Below, one piece after another: positions 36,924 to 46,809 of a stretch of DNA of 64,000 bases. Every line of letters begins with the position of its first letter. Within the stretch, counting starts at the first letter, position 1. The notes under the pieces are model-generated. The model did not search any database and was not told the DNA's origin. It worked only from the letters and a program-made list of their open reading frames with translations. The translations under genes were made by a program, and so were the position numbers. Source of the DNA: an uncultured Candidatus Saccharibacteria bacterium (GTDB lineage: Bacteria > Patescibacteriota > Minisyncoccia > Phycocordibacterales > PALSA-1337). The DNA is taken from NCBI GenBank assembly GCA_964495685.1, contig CAZBVQ010000001.1, positions 233,521 through 297,520 of the forward strand. The letters are read 5' to 3'.

Positions 36924-37334
36924 ATGATTCTTGCCGTTGGTGTCAAAGTGTTGCTGAAGAACAAAAAGGGTAAGTACCTTATTGTCAAAAGGGCGCCATC
37001 CAAATACAAAGGGATAAATAGTACCTGGGATATTCTCGGAGGTCGGATTCGGCCAGGAAGTTTACTTATAGATAATCTTGAACGAGAAGTTATGGAGGAA
37101 AGTGGTTTGCGATTGACGTCGCTGCCGCGGTTGATTGGGGCACAAGACATTTTATGGTATGAACGGAATACACATGTGGTGCGTCTTACCTACATTGCCG
37201 AAACAGACGGAGAACCGGTATTGAATGCTCAGGAGCATGTGGCGTATCGATGGCTAGACATTAAAGCTATAAAAAATAAAAGGAAACTCGATGTGTACCT
37301 CAAGGAGATATTAAACACGGTGGCGGATGTATAG
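36924..37334 (+). CDS. NUDIX hydrolase
   Basis: GGRIRPGSLLIDNLEREVMEESGL. Confidence 0.88.
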   Translation: MILAVGVKVLLKNKKGKYLIVKRAPSKYKGINSTWDILGGRIRPGSLLIDNLEREVMEESGLRLTSLPRLIGAQDILWYERNTHVVRLTYIAETDGEPVLNAQEHVAYRWLDIKAIKNKRKLDVYLKEILNTVADV

Positions 37335-37419
37335 CTGATGTGTTGCCGAGGGCGCCCTCGCTTACCTGTTTTACTGAGGTCTGTATTATTGTAGTGAACA
37401 TTGAACAAGTAAAATATCT

Positions 37420-37701
37420 ATGAAAGAATCTAAAGAAAAACCATCGGCTATTGTTATCAATTTTTCTCTCGCTCGCATGTGGGGCAAGGTTGGCCCCCTT
37501 AAAGACGAGAAGGAGGTGCATGAATGGTGTGTATCTTTTCGGAGGATTGCTGTAGAGCAAAAAGCAGATATGACGGCACTCCCTTTGGAAAATGTCGCAG
37601 ATATTTTTCATGGAGTGTGTTGTCATGATTACCTACCATCCAAGGATGCTTGTGCAATAATTACCAACGCACGAGCGACCGCACTGATTGGGCCAAGGTG
37701 A
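37420..37701 (+). CDS. Hypothetical protein
   Basis: 93-aa ORF preceded by gaacattgaacaa leader motif. Confidence 0.5.
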   Translation: MKESKEKPSAIVINFSLARMWGKVGPLKDEKEVHEWCVSFRRIAVEQKADMTALPLENVADIFHGVCCHDYLPSKDACAIITNARATALIGPR

Positions 37702-37729
37702 TAGCGTATCGTGTGTTATAAGTAATTCC

Positions 37730-38161
37730 ATGTATTGCATCTACTGCACATCCCCCGATATCAGATCCCGCGAAATCGTCGGCGATGATAGTGCGTGGGC
37801 GTTTCCTACGAACATTCCAATCACTCCTGGCCACACTCTCGTTGCACCCCGACGGTGTGTGGCGCGCTATGAGGACTTGACCGCCGGAGAACGTGAGGCG
37901 ATCGAGCAATTGCGAATGCGTATCACTGTCGCTCTCAAGAAGTCATTCGGTGCCGTTGGGTTCAACTTCGCCTGGAATGACGGCAAGCTTGCTGGACAAT
38001 CAGTGCTACATTTCCACTTGCACGTTGTGCCTCGCCAAGAAGGGGACACTGGTGTACTGGAATATGAACCACGCAAGTTCCTGTATCGTCCTGGTGAACG
38101 TGAAGCTACGTCCGAGGCTGAGCTACTGGCAGTTTGTGCACTCATTAGACAAGCGTTGTAA
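37730..38161 (+). CDS. HIT family nucleotide hydrolase
   Basis: CIYC, PITPGHTLV, AGQSVLHFHLHVVPR. Confidence 0.92.
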   Translation: MYCIYCTSPDIRSREIVGDDSAWAFPTNIPITPGHTLVAPRRCVARYEDLTAGEREAIEQLRMRITVALKKSFGAVGFNFAWNDGKLAGQSVLHFHLHVVPRQEGDTGVLEYEPRKFLYRPGEREATSEAELLAVCALIRQAL

Positions 38162-38221
38162 ATCGTTTCAGGAAATTTCAGCCGCCTTCACGGGCGGCTT
38201 TTTAGTGATATTATTATCGCC

Positions 38222-38821
38222 ATGGATACGGAAACTATAGAGACATATGATTACCTGGCTGCAGAATATGACGCTGAAACAGCTGGCTTTTGGGAACTTT
38301 TCCCCCGCACTATCTTAGATGAATTCACGAAGTGTGTAGGCAAAGGAATGGTGGTGGATATTGGTAGCGGTCCAGGTAGAGGTGCGCTCCTTTTGCAAAA
38401 GAGTGGCTGTCAGGTTAGGTGTCTTGATGCTTCTCAAGCAATGGTTGATATATGCCTTCAAAAAGGACTCGACACTGTCAAAGGAGATTTGATACATACC
38501 TCGTTCAAGGATAGTGAATTTGATGGTGTATGGGCGTATACATCATTACTTCACATACCGAAATCTTCTATGCACGATGCTCTACAAGAGATGTCGCGCA
38601 TACTCAAACCTAAGGGAGTACTCCTTCTTGGACTTATTGAGGGCCAAGACGAAGCGTACCGCACAAGTTCTGGAGTGAATCGTCCCCGACTGTTTGCATA
38701 TTACATGAGGAGTGAAATCGAACAATTGCTGACCGCGGCTGGATTTGATATCGAATATTTCGAATCATTCAAACCGGCTTCCAAAGTTTATCTCAATTAC
38801 ATACTACGAAAACGGGCATGA
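38222..38821 (+). CDS. Class I SAM-dependent methyltransferase
   Basis: VDIGSGPG, FDGVWAYTSLLH, RILKPKG. Confidence 0.9.
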   Translation: MDTETIETYDYLAAEYDAETAGFWELFPRTILDEFTKCVGKGMVVDIGSGPGRGALLLQKSGCQVRCLDASQAMVDICLQKGLDTVKGDLIHTSFKDSEFDGVWAYTSLLHIPKSSMHDALQEMSRILKPKGVLLLGLIEGQDEAYRTSSGVNRPRLFAYYMRSEIEQLLTAAGFDIEYFESFKPASKVYLNYILRKRA

Positions 38822-39345
38822 AAACCATCACTGTTCACGATCGTATGCAGTCCGGATACACCTACGCACTGACCGAGCCTATAGGCAAGAACTTCAACTC
38901 TGAATTCAAACCACACCTGACACCACGGGAGATGCTCGAGATCGGTGTGTTCGGCGGCAAATACATGACCGATTGTCGAGATGAATTTCCTGCGGAATGG
39001 TTCACGCACGCCAAGCTTGCGCAACCAGTCAAGCCCGGCACCACTTGGCCGACACGACGTGACAAGCATCTCAACTTCTTCGGGGTCAACGCGAGCCAGC
39101 CACTCTCGGTTTGGCGTGCCAAGGGTTGGATTCACCCCGATGATCCACGGGGTTGGTTCCAGTGGTATTGCCGATACTACATGGGGCGACGTCATCCGGA
39201 TGATGCGCGCCAGATCAAGCGCTGGAAAGCCATGGTCCGCCACGTTGCCCAGGTTGCGCACAAATGTCGGCCGAGAGATTATTCGTGTAATACCAAGCAA
39301 CGACAAGCGCTTCTCCACTGGGGATATGATAGTAGGAAGCTCTAG
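38818..39345 (+). CDS. Conserved hypothetical protein (GWFQWYCRYY motif)
   Basis: LTP.EML.IGVFGG, DDPRGWFQWYCRYYMGRR, RQALLHW; ATGA overlap with the methyltransferase. Confidence 0.8.
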   Translation: MKTITVHDRMQSGYTYALTEPIGKNFNSEFKPHLTPREMLEIGVFGGKYMTDCRDEFPAEWFTHAKLAQPVKPGTTWPTRRDKHLNFFGVNASQPLSVWRAKGWIHPDDPRGWFQWYCRYYMGRRHPDDARQIKRWKAMVRHVAQVAHKCRPRDYSCNTKQRQALLHWGYDSRKL

Positions 39346-39374
39346 GGGAAATATAGTATACTAAAGCCACTACC

Positions 39375-39725
39375 ATGTCCGATCAATATGAACTCATCTT
39401 TATTTTCGTCTCGGTTATCGTGGGTGTGGTCGCGGCCGCTTACTTTTATCTTTCCACTGAGGCATTCAAACATCTCCACCTTTTGCAGCGACCCATCCGA
39501 TGGATTGCTGTGGGCATCTTCTTTATTGCGATAGGTGTGTTACTTGCCGCTTTCATCTCTTATGAAGAGCAACAGGGACTTATTCTGTACTTCTACAATC
39601 TGCCACTTCAGGCACTGTTCTACGTCATTTACATTATTGGATCACTCATGATTATGGTCGGCGCACGCAAATTTACGTATCGTCCGCATGCCGATGTAGT
39701 CGATGTCTCATTACAGGGGAGATAG
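39375..39725 (+). CDS. Three-helix membrane protein
   Basis: Hydrophobic 116-aa ORF. Confidence 0.7.
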   Translation: MSDQYELIFIFVSVIVGVVAAAYFYLSTEAFKHLHLLQRPIRWIAVGIFFIAIGVLLAAFISYEEQQGLILYFYNLPLQALFYVIYIIGSLMIMVGARKFTYRPHADVVDVSLQGR

Positions 39726-39727
39726 GG

Positions 39728-40954
39728 CTACTCATACCGGAGCGCCTCTATTGGATTGAGCTTGGAAGCGCGTCGAGCAGGGTAGTATCCGAAGACGATA
39801 CCGATGAGCGCCGATACACCGAAGGCGAGAATGACTGACGTGGGCGATACTTGAGTTTGCAAAATGCCTAGCGATGTCACCCCATATGATGCCAGCCAGC
39901 CGAGTATGACGCCGATGGTGCCGCCGATCAGGGTGAGGGCGACTGCTTCGGTTAGGAATTGGACGTTGATATCACGCCCTGTGGCGCCAATAGCTTTGCG
40001 GAGACCGATCTCGCGAGTGCGTTCGGTCACGGTCGTGAGCATCATATTCATGATACCGATACCGCCGACGAGGAGAGAAATACCCGCGACTGCGCCGAGG
40101 AGTATGGTGAATGTTCCGGTCACGCTCGAAGCGGCGGAGACGATGTCTGCCTGATTGAGTACGTTGAAATCAGCGTTTGCTGGGTTGGTTATTTTGTGGC
40201 GAGCGAGTAGAAGTGAGGTGATGTCTGTCTGTACCTGTGTCATCACGTCTGCGTCAGTGGCAGAGATGCTGAGTGACGTGACGTAGGTCGAGTCACCAAC
40301 AAGGAAAAGTTGTGCGGTGGTGAGGGGAATATACACGGTATCATCTTGATTGCCGAAGCCGCCACTACCTTTTGATGCGGTAAGTCCGATGACCTTGAAT
40401 TCCATGCCATTGATACGGATGCTCTGGCCGATCGGATCAGCGTTCGCTCCGAATAAGTCGTCACGCGTGGTCGGCCCGATCACGGCCACTTTGGAGCGGC
40501 TCGAGAGATCTTGCGCCGAAATGAATGAACCATTGTCTAGGGTGACATTGTGAACTGTTGTATATGCTTGCCCTGACCCTATGACTGAGGTGTTGGTATT
40601 GGTTCCTTTGGCGGTGATTTGGTATCGACCCTGGATCTCTGGTGAGATGGCTTGAATGTTGCCGACCTCGGAAGCGATAGCGTCGACATCTTTCATGGTC
40701 AATGTCTTGGCGGCACCACGACCGCTCGATGCGCTGTAGCCGAAGCTTCGTGTAGCACCTGGTGAGACAATGATGAGATTTGATCCGATTGATTGGATGC
40801 TGGACTGGATCGAAGCCTGGGCACCTTGGCCGATTGAGACCATGGTGATGACCGAGCTGATACCGATGATAATACCGAGCATGGTGAGGGAGGTGCGGAC
40901 TTTGTTTGCCGTCAACGCTGAGAATGTCTCGTGGAGTAGATCTGATGTGGTCAT
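39728..40954 (-). CDS. MacB-like ABC permease
   Basis: NKVRTSLTMLGIIIG, GGIGIMNMML..VTERTREIGLRKAIGA, PIEALRYE. Confidence 0.94.
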   Translation of the reverse strand: MTTSDLLHETFSALTANKVRTSLTMLGIIIGISSVITMVSIGQGAQASIQSSIQSIGSNLIIVSPGATRSFGYSASSGRGAAKTLTMKDVDAIASEVGNIQAISPEIQGRYQITAKGTNTNTSVIGSGQAYTTVHNVTLDNGSFISAQDLSSRSKVAVIGPTTRDDLFGANADPIGQSIRINGMEFKVIGLTASKGSGGFGNQDDTVYIPLTTAQLFLVGDSTYVTSLSISATDADVMTQVQTDITSLLLARHKITNPANADFNVLNQADIVSAASSVTGTFTILLGAVAGISLLVGGIGIMNMMLTTVTERTREIGLRKAIGATGRDINVQFLTEAVALTLIGGTIGVILGWLASYGVTSLGILQTQVSPTSVILAFGVSALIGIVFGYYPARRASKLNPIEALRYE

Positions 40955-40958
40955 AGTG

Positions 40959-41663
40959 TTAGTTTTTGATGACGCGTTTCGTATGCTTGCCGCTGTCCTC
41001 GACAATCTCTCCGTCTCGAATATGAATAATACGGTCCGCGTGCTCAGCGACGTCTCTTTCGTGGGTGATCAAGACGATGGTACGGCCGAGCTCTTTGTTG
41101 AGTCGCTGGAATGTGCCGAGCACAATGTTGCCTGTGGCCGTGTCGAGGTTGCCTGTCGGTTCATCGGCAAGAATGAGGGAAGGGTTATTGACGAGTGCAC
41201 GAGCGATGGCTACACGCTGGATTTGTCCACCAGAAAGTTGGTTCGACTTGTGCATGAACCGGTCTTCGGTCATACCAGCACTCATCAATGCTTTGTGGGC
41301 TTGGGATTCACGTTCGTGGTGAGGTATATCTGCGTAGACGAGAGGGAGCATGACATTACGCATGACGGTGGCGCGAGGAAGGAGGTTGAATGATTGGAAG
41401 ACGAAACCGATCTGTTCGCGGCGAATCTGTGCCAGCTCATCCTGAGAGAGTTTGGATACATCATGACCATCGAGTTTGTACGTACCGGATGTTGGTGTGT
41501 CGAGTGCACCGAGGATATGCATCAGTGTCGACTTGCCTGAACCAGAAGGTCCCATGATGGCCACGAATTCTCCATCCTTGATGGTGAAGGTGACGCCACG
41601 GAGTGCGTGCGTGGCATTATCACCCGACATATAGGTTTTGGTGATATGTTTGACTTCTATCAT
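40959..41663 (-). CDS. MacB/LolD-type ABC ATPase
   Basis: GPSGSGKS, LSGGQIQRVAIARAL, ADEPTGNLD. Confidence 0.95.
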   Translation of the reverse strand: MIEVKHITKTYMSGDNATHALRGVTFTIKDGEFVAIMGPSGSGKSTLMHILGALDTPTSGTYKLDGHDVSKLSQDELAQIRREQIGFVFQSFNLLPRATVMRNVMLPLVYADIPHHERESQAHKALMSAGMTEDRFMHKSNQLSGGQIQRVAIARALVNNPSLILADEPTGNLDTATGNIVLGTFQRLNKELGRTIVLITHERDVAEHADRIIHIRDGEIVEDSGKHTKRVIKN

Positions 41664-41664
41664 A

Positions 41665-43467
41665 TTAGTTGCCTGGTCGGGCGACTGCGCGTGTGGCTCC
41701 ACCGCCAGCTCTGTTGCCGCCGATGCTCGTCAAGATGTTGGGAGTCGCGGTCGTGGCTGTGCCTGAAGCGATCGTCCGAGTGATGACCCATTGACCGCGC
41801 TCGAGGCCGCTTACGATCTGCGTATTTGTATCATCCGTATCACCAGTCGTTACAGATACTTGAATCGGAGTTACCGCCGTCGTCACATTGACGGTGCGTG
41901 CTGGTCGTGTTGATCCGGTATTTTGGCCTGAACGGAATGCATAACCGCCTGTCGATGACGCGTCCTGGCCGTACATCATAGGTGAGCTTGATCCGGTTCC
42001 GTTCGTGCGATTGAGGTTGCCGGAATTGCGGGACATAGCTGTCGTCGAGGCAGGTAGAGCGCTCTCAGGTAGGATCTCGACATATTTCTTGCCATTTTGA
42101 GTCTTGATAGCGGTCGAGGGTACGATCAATACGTCCGGAGTCACCTTGGTTGCAATGCTGACATTCATGCTCATGCCGGGCTTGATGCGGTCGTCCTGAG
42201 TGTCGATTGCTACGCGCACCGTGTACGACACGACTCCTTGGGATACGGTCCCTACGAGATCGACACGTTCCACGGTACCGGTGGCGTTCAGTCCATCGAT
42301 AGCGTCGAAGGTGATCGTGACTGGTTGGCCGACGTTGACTTTGGCGGCGTCGACTTCATTCAGGGAAATATTTGCGATTTTGCGATCACCGATAATGGTC
42401 GCCACGATAGTGCTGGCACCTGCTTGGCCATAGACAGATACGGGGATGCGGCCGACGATGCCGTCGAATGGGGCACGAATGAAATAGTTGGCGTAGGTCT
42501 CTTGTGCTTGCTGAAGTGAGAGGCGTTGACTTTGGACATCGAGAGTATCAGCGCCATATATCAGTGTGCTGAGATTATTTTTTGCGCTCGCGATACCACT
42601 CTGTGCTGATACGATAGACGATAAGTCGCTATTGATCTGAGTTGACCAGGTGGTGATACTACTTGCTGCAGCAGCCGCATCGACGGCGTGATAGTCGGGT
42701 TGGTACGTCGTCACATACGTGAGTGTATTCTGGAGTGCTTGGAGGGCAGTGGCGACCATCTGGGCAGTCTGATAACTATCATCAATGAGTGTGTCGATAG
42801 TTGAGCTCGCGCTGGAGCGGCCTGACTCTTTGTATAGACGTAGTGAAGTGGCGTAGTGCTCAGCAGCCCGGTCATAGAGACGGCCAGCGGTATCGCGATA
42901 TGTGCGAGCTGTGGAGATGAGGTTTGAGGTATATTGATCGCTCAGGAATCCATCGGCATCATAGAGCATGCTCTTGATGCCAGACATGATACCTGGTAGG
43001 TCTAGATGTAGTGACGAGGCGGCATTGTATGCATCGGTATATGCCTTGGTTACAGAATTCTTGGCATTGGTGAGGTCACCATCCTTGGCAGGTTGGACGA
43101 GCTTGGCATAGGCGATACGAGCGCTCTCGAGACTGATGGCTGCGTCATGGGCATCGAGACTGACGAGTAAATCTCCTTTGTTCACGTGCTGTCCGACAGT
43201 CACGTTGATAGTCTGGACTTTGCTAGATACTTCACTGGTTACATCGAGCTGATTCTCAGCAGAAACTTGGCCGCTCCCGGTCACGGTCTGAGTGACAGAC
43301 CCTGTGCGTGCCATGGTCAGTACGTATTGCGGTGTCGAATTGGCCACTGATGATCGGTGGTAGACATAATATATGCCACTACCAATGATGATCACGATAA
43401 TGACGCTTGCCAGTTTGTGGGCCTTGGCCCAATGTCGAACGCGAGTAAACAAGGAAGGTTTTTTCAT
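41665..43467 (-). CDS. MacA/HlyD-like membrane fusion adaptor
   Basis: N-terminal TM; VGQHVNKGDLL and IRAPFDG lipoyl halves around a long coiled coil; PGMS. Confidence 0.9.
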   Translation of the reverse strand: MKKPSLFTRVRHWAKAHKLASVIIVIIIGSGIYYVYHRSSVANSTPQYVLTMARTGSVTQTVTGSGQVSAENQLDVTSEVSSKVQTINVTVGQHVNKGDLLVSLDAHDAAISLESARIAYAKLVQPAKDGDLTNAKNSVTKAYTDAYNAASSLHLDLPGIMSGIKSMLYDADGFLSDQYTSNLISTARTYRDTAGRLYDRAAEHYATSLRLYKESGRSSASSTIDTLIDDSYQTAQMVATALQALQNTLTYVTTYQPDYHAVDAAAAASSITTWSTQINSDLSSIVSAQSGIASAKNNLSTLIYGADTLDVQSQRLSLQQAQETYANYFIRAPFDGIVGRIPVSVYGQAGASTIVATIIGDRKIANISLNEVDAAKVNVGQPVTITFDAIDGLNATGTVERVDLVGTVSQGVVSYTVRVAIDTQDDRIKPGMSMNVSIATKVTPDVLIVPSTAIKTQNGKKYVEILPESALPASTTAMSRNSGNLNRTNGTGSSSPMMYGQDASSTGGYAFRSGQNTGSTRPARTVNVTTAVTPIQVSVTTGDTDDTNTQIVSGLERGQWVITRTIASGTATTATPNILTSIGGNRAGGGATRAVARPGN

Positions 43468-43469
43468 GG

Positions 43470-44000
43470 CTAGTAGGAGCGGTTATACATCATACCGGGT
43501 TGGTTCTGGGGATTGGTTGATGAGCCGTTCATCATGGCCGGCATGATACGGACGAGCTTGGCTTCGATCGTTCCAGTGTCATCTGGGGTGCCGATGACTA
43601 CGATGAAGTCGTCTGCTTTGACGGTCGTCGATGCGACGTTGGCACGGGCACTGCGGAGGATTGTTTCATTGGTGATACGCACAGTACGTTCGGTGCCATC
43701 ACGGTCTGAGACGATGATATGAGGTAACGAGACACTGAGTACTTTGCCGGTAGTGCCGTGCCCGCCGACGAGCTCATCAGGTCCACGTACTCCCATCATG
43801 CCACCACGCGATTGGGTGTCAGTGCGGTCGAACATGCGGAAATAGCGATCGCCGAGACGTGAGCTGAACTCAGCTTTGCGGTAGCCGACTGACATGCCTG
43901 CCCAGAAGGTGAGGGCGAGTATTAGTAATAGAGCCAGAATTCGTACGAGTACGGATGTCTTGATAGACGATGTCTTTGTTGGAGTTGATTCGGTAGTCAT
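43470..44000 (-). CDS. Membrane-anchored hypothetical protein with small beta domain
   Basis: N-terminal TM; G.VLSV...VVIGTPDDTGTIEAKLVRI. Confidence 0.75.
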   Translation of the reverse strand: MTTESTPTKTSSIKTSVLVRILALLLILALTFWAGMSVGYRKAEFSSRLGDRYFRMFDRTDTQSRGGMMGVRGPDELVGGHGTTGKVLSVSLPHIIVSDRDGTERTVRITNETILRSARANVASTTVKADDFIVVIGTPDDTGTIEAKLVRIMPAMMNGSSTNPQNQPGMMYNRSY

Positions 44001-44012
44001 GATATGTAGATA

Positions 44013-44414
44013 TTAGGCGAACGCTGATAGACGAGCCATGCGCAAGAATGAACGGGCCTTCGTCGCTGTGTATGCGGCGGCGAATAGAGCCATGAGTACC
44101 AATACAGCTCCTCCCACAGGGACACTTTCCATAATAGAAAATAGGGAAGTCTTGAGATTGCTGAATACGTATGCACTATCTGATATGAAGAGCGACAGAT
44201 AATCATACAATCCAGAGCTGGTGGCTTGGCCGTGTGCGTACTGGAAAGCTGGTACGAGGGCAACGAGGGCGACGATGGCTACACTCGCGTATCCGTAGGC
44301 ACGACGTTGGGCGCGTACTATCTGTGCATGCGCGACAGCGGCCACGATCTTGTGATTGAGATCCGGTGACGGTGTGCGCGGACACATGAATGAATACGAT
44401 GCTTCTTGTCTCAT
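44013..44414 (-). CDS. Membrane protein, candidate anti-sigma factor
   Basis: Directly downstream of the ECF sigma gene; TPSPDLNHKI followed by TM helices. Confidence 0.6.
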   Translation of the reverse strand: MRQEASYSFMCPRTPSPDLNHKIVAAVAHAQIVRAQRRAYGYASVAIVALVALVPAFQYAHGQATSSGLYDYLSLFISDSAYVFSNLKTSLFSIMESVPVGGAVLVLMALFAAAYTATKARSFLRMARLSAFA

Positions 44415-44441
44415 GGTGTATTGATACTACGTCGGCCAAGG

Positions 44442-45011
44442 TTATTTTGGTGCAAGAGATTTGAGTAGCACACGTAGCTCTCGGAGAGCGCGGCGATGCC
44501 AGCTTTTGGCTGTATTCATAGGTATACCGAGGATGCCAGCTATCTCTTCGAAGGTGAGTTCTTGGTGATAGTGGAGCATGATAACGGAATAATATTCGGG
44601 TCGTAATGATGAGGTCGCCTTGGTCAGGGAAGCGGCATACTGTGCATTGTCGAATAATTCGTGAGCCAGCGGTTCGGTGTCGACGATTGATTCACTGAAT
44701 GATGTTTCCTGCTCTTCATTCTCGAGGTACGAAAAGGGAACCCCTTTTTTCTTACGCAGATGATCGAATGCGACGTTCTTGGCGATGGTGAACAGCCACG
44801 GTTTCCATTTCTTGCCAGAGGTGAATCGCCCGAGATGTTTCCAGGCACGCAGGAATGTTTCTTGGGTCGCATCTTCGGTGTCAGCATCGTCATGAAGATA
44901 GCTATATACGAAGTTGTATACAGGTGTTAGTGATCGGCGTACCAATTCTTGGAATGCGTCCGGATCTCCAGACTGATGTGAGGTGATGAGTTCCTCGTCG
45001 GCTATAGACAT
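44442..45011 (-). CDS. ECF (group 4) RNA polymerase sigma factor
   Basis: DEELI..GDPDAF, EDATQETFLRAW, WLFTIAKN..DHLRK, TFEEIA.IL.IP.NTAKS. Confidence 0.94.
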   Translation of the reverse strand: MSIADEELITSHQSGDPDAFQELVRRSLTPVYNFVYSYLHDDADTEDATQETFLRAWKHLGRFTSGKKWKPWLFTIAKNVAFDHLRKKKGVPFSYLENEEQETSFSESIVDTEPLAHELFDNAQYAASLTKATSSLRPEYYSVIMLHYHQELTFEEIAGILGIPMNTAKSWHRRALRELRVLLKSLAPK

Positions 45012-45040
45012 GACGATATCATACTATATAATTCTATCTG

Positions 45041-46786
45041 ATGGTTTTTCTCATCATCTCGTTTGTGGCAGGTATTCTCACGGTGCTCGCGCCGTGCATT
45101 TTGCCACTGCTGCCTGTCATCCTAGCGGGATCAGTGACAGAGACAGTCAATCGCCGCCGCCCGTTTGTTATTATTGGCGCACTTTCAGTATCGGTATTTG
45201 TATTCACCTTACTTCTCAAGGGGACGACGGCGCTCATCATGGTGTCGCCGACAGTATGGTCATATGTGTCAGCAGTCATCTTGTGTATCTTCGGTCTGAC
45301 ATTGACCTTGCCTGAGGTGTGGGCGCGGATCGTGCTCAAGATACCAGGACACAACAAGCCGGACCGCTGGATATCTCGCGGCTACGGGTCAGCCCATTCA
45401 TTCTGGACAGATGTGGTGGTCGGCGCTGCACTAGGACCTGTCTTTACTACCTGCAGCCCAACATTTTTCGTCATCTTGGCGACTGTATTGCCGCAAAGCT
45501 TCTCGGTGGGTATTGTGGATCTTATCGCGTATATTCTTGGGCTGGCCTTGGCATTACTTGTTATCGCATGGGTCGGGCAGCGCGTTATCGACAAGCTTGA
45601 GTGGGCCACCAATCCTTATGGTTGGTTCAGGAAAGTGTTGGGCATCCTCTTCATTCTGGTGGCAATTTCTATCGCTACGGGATATGACAAGAAAATAGAG
45701 ATGCATATCCTCGCCTCAGGTTTTTTCGATGTTACCAAGGTGGAACAGTCTATCAAGCAGCGTTTGGAGGGAGGTGTCCAGAAACAGGGCGCGGTATCAT
45801 CTGAAGATGGCAAGCCAGTTCTTTCGGTCAAGGATATCCCTGGTGTCCCGTATACAGAGTTCACGGGTATTGCTGGATATATAAATACTGATCCCATCAG
45901 ATTGGCCGATGTGGTGGGCAAGAAAGTCATCCTCGTCGATTTCATTGATTACACGTGCATCAATTGTCAGCGTACATTCCCGTACCTGAATGATTGGTAT
46001 ACGAAATACAAAGATCAAGGATTAGAAATTGTCGCTATTCATACACCAGAATTTTCTTTTGAGAAAGACAAGCAAAATGTCGAGAAGGGTATTGCTCAGT
46101 TTGGTCTGAAGTTCCCGATCGTGCTCGATAATGATTATATGACATGGAATGCTTATCGTAATCAGTATTGGCCACACAAATATCTCATTGATATTCATGG
46201 TAAGGTTGTCTATGACCACATCGGTGAAGGTGGCTATGATGAAACAGAGCGACATATCGTCGAGTTGTTGAACGAACGCAAGCAGGTCCTCAATGAATCT
46301 GGGTCAGTACGCGGAGGAGTCACTGCTCCAGCTCCCGTGATACAGGCACGTAGTCCAGAGACCTATTTTGGCGCGACCCGAAATGATAATTTCGCTAATG
46401 GACGTACGCACACCATAGGAGCCGGTACATTCAAGGTACCGACACTTCTTGAACCCAACTATTTTTATCTGGGTGGCGATTGGAAGATCGACCGTGAGTA
46501 TGCCGAGGCCGATTCCGAAGACGCACAGATCTCATTTGTCTTCAATGCAGCCAAGATGTATATCGTGGCGCAAGCGCCAGAAGGATCGTCGGTGACGGCC
46601 AAAGTTTTGATTGATGGTAAACCGATATCAATGACTCAGAGCGGGGCTGATGTTTCAAATGGTACACTCCTCATTGATTCTTCGCGTCTGTATCAGGTGT
46701 ATCAGAATACAACTGCTGGTCAGCACCGGATCGATATTATTTTCTCGAAGCCGGGTGCGCACGTATTCACATTTACCTTTGGCTAG
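45041..46786 (+). CDS. DipZ-like protein (CcdA/DsbD TM domain + thioredoxin + C-terminal beta domain)
   Basis: LAPCILPLLP, TCSP, YTCINC, IHTPEF, YWP, SPETYFG. Confidence 0.9.
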   Translation: MVFLIISFVAGILTVLAPCILPLLPVILAGSVTETVNRRRPFVIIGALSVSVFVFTLLLKGTTALIMVSPTVWSYVSAVILCIFGLTLTLPEVWARIVLKIPGHNKPDRWISRGYGSAHSFWTDVVVGAALGPVFTTCSPTFFVILATVLPQSFSVGIVDLIAYILGLALALLVIAWVGQRVIDKLEWATNPYGWFRKVLGILFILVAISIATGYDKKIEMHILASGFFDVTKVEQSIKQRLEGGVQKQGAVSSEDGKPVLSVKDIPGVPYTEFTGIAGYINTDPIRLADVVGKKVILVDFIDYTCINCQRTFPYLNDWYTKYKDQGLEIVAIHTPEFSFEKDKQNVEKGIAQFGLKFPIVLDNDYMTWNAYRNQYWPHKYLIDIHGKVVYDHIGEGGYDETERHIVELLNERKQVLNESGSVRGGVTAPAPVIQARSPETYFGATRNDNFANGRTHTIGAGTFKVPTLLEPNYFYLGGDWKIDREYAEADSEDAQISFVFNAAKMYIVAQAPEGSSVTAKVLIDGKPISMTQSGADVSNGTLLIDSSRLYQVYQNTTAGQHRIDIIFSKPGAHVFTFTFG

Positions 46787-46809
46787 TTGTGTGATATTCT
46801 GTCTCCATT

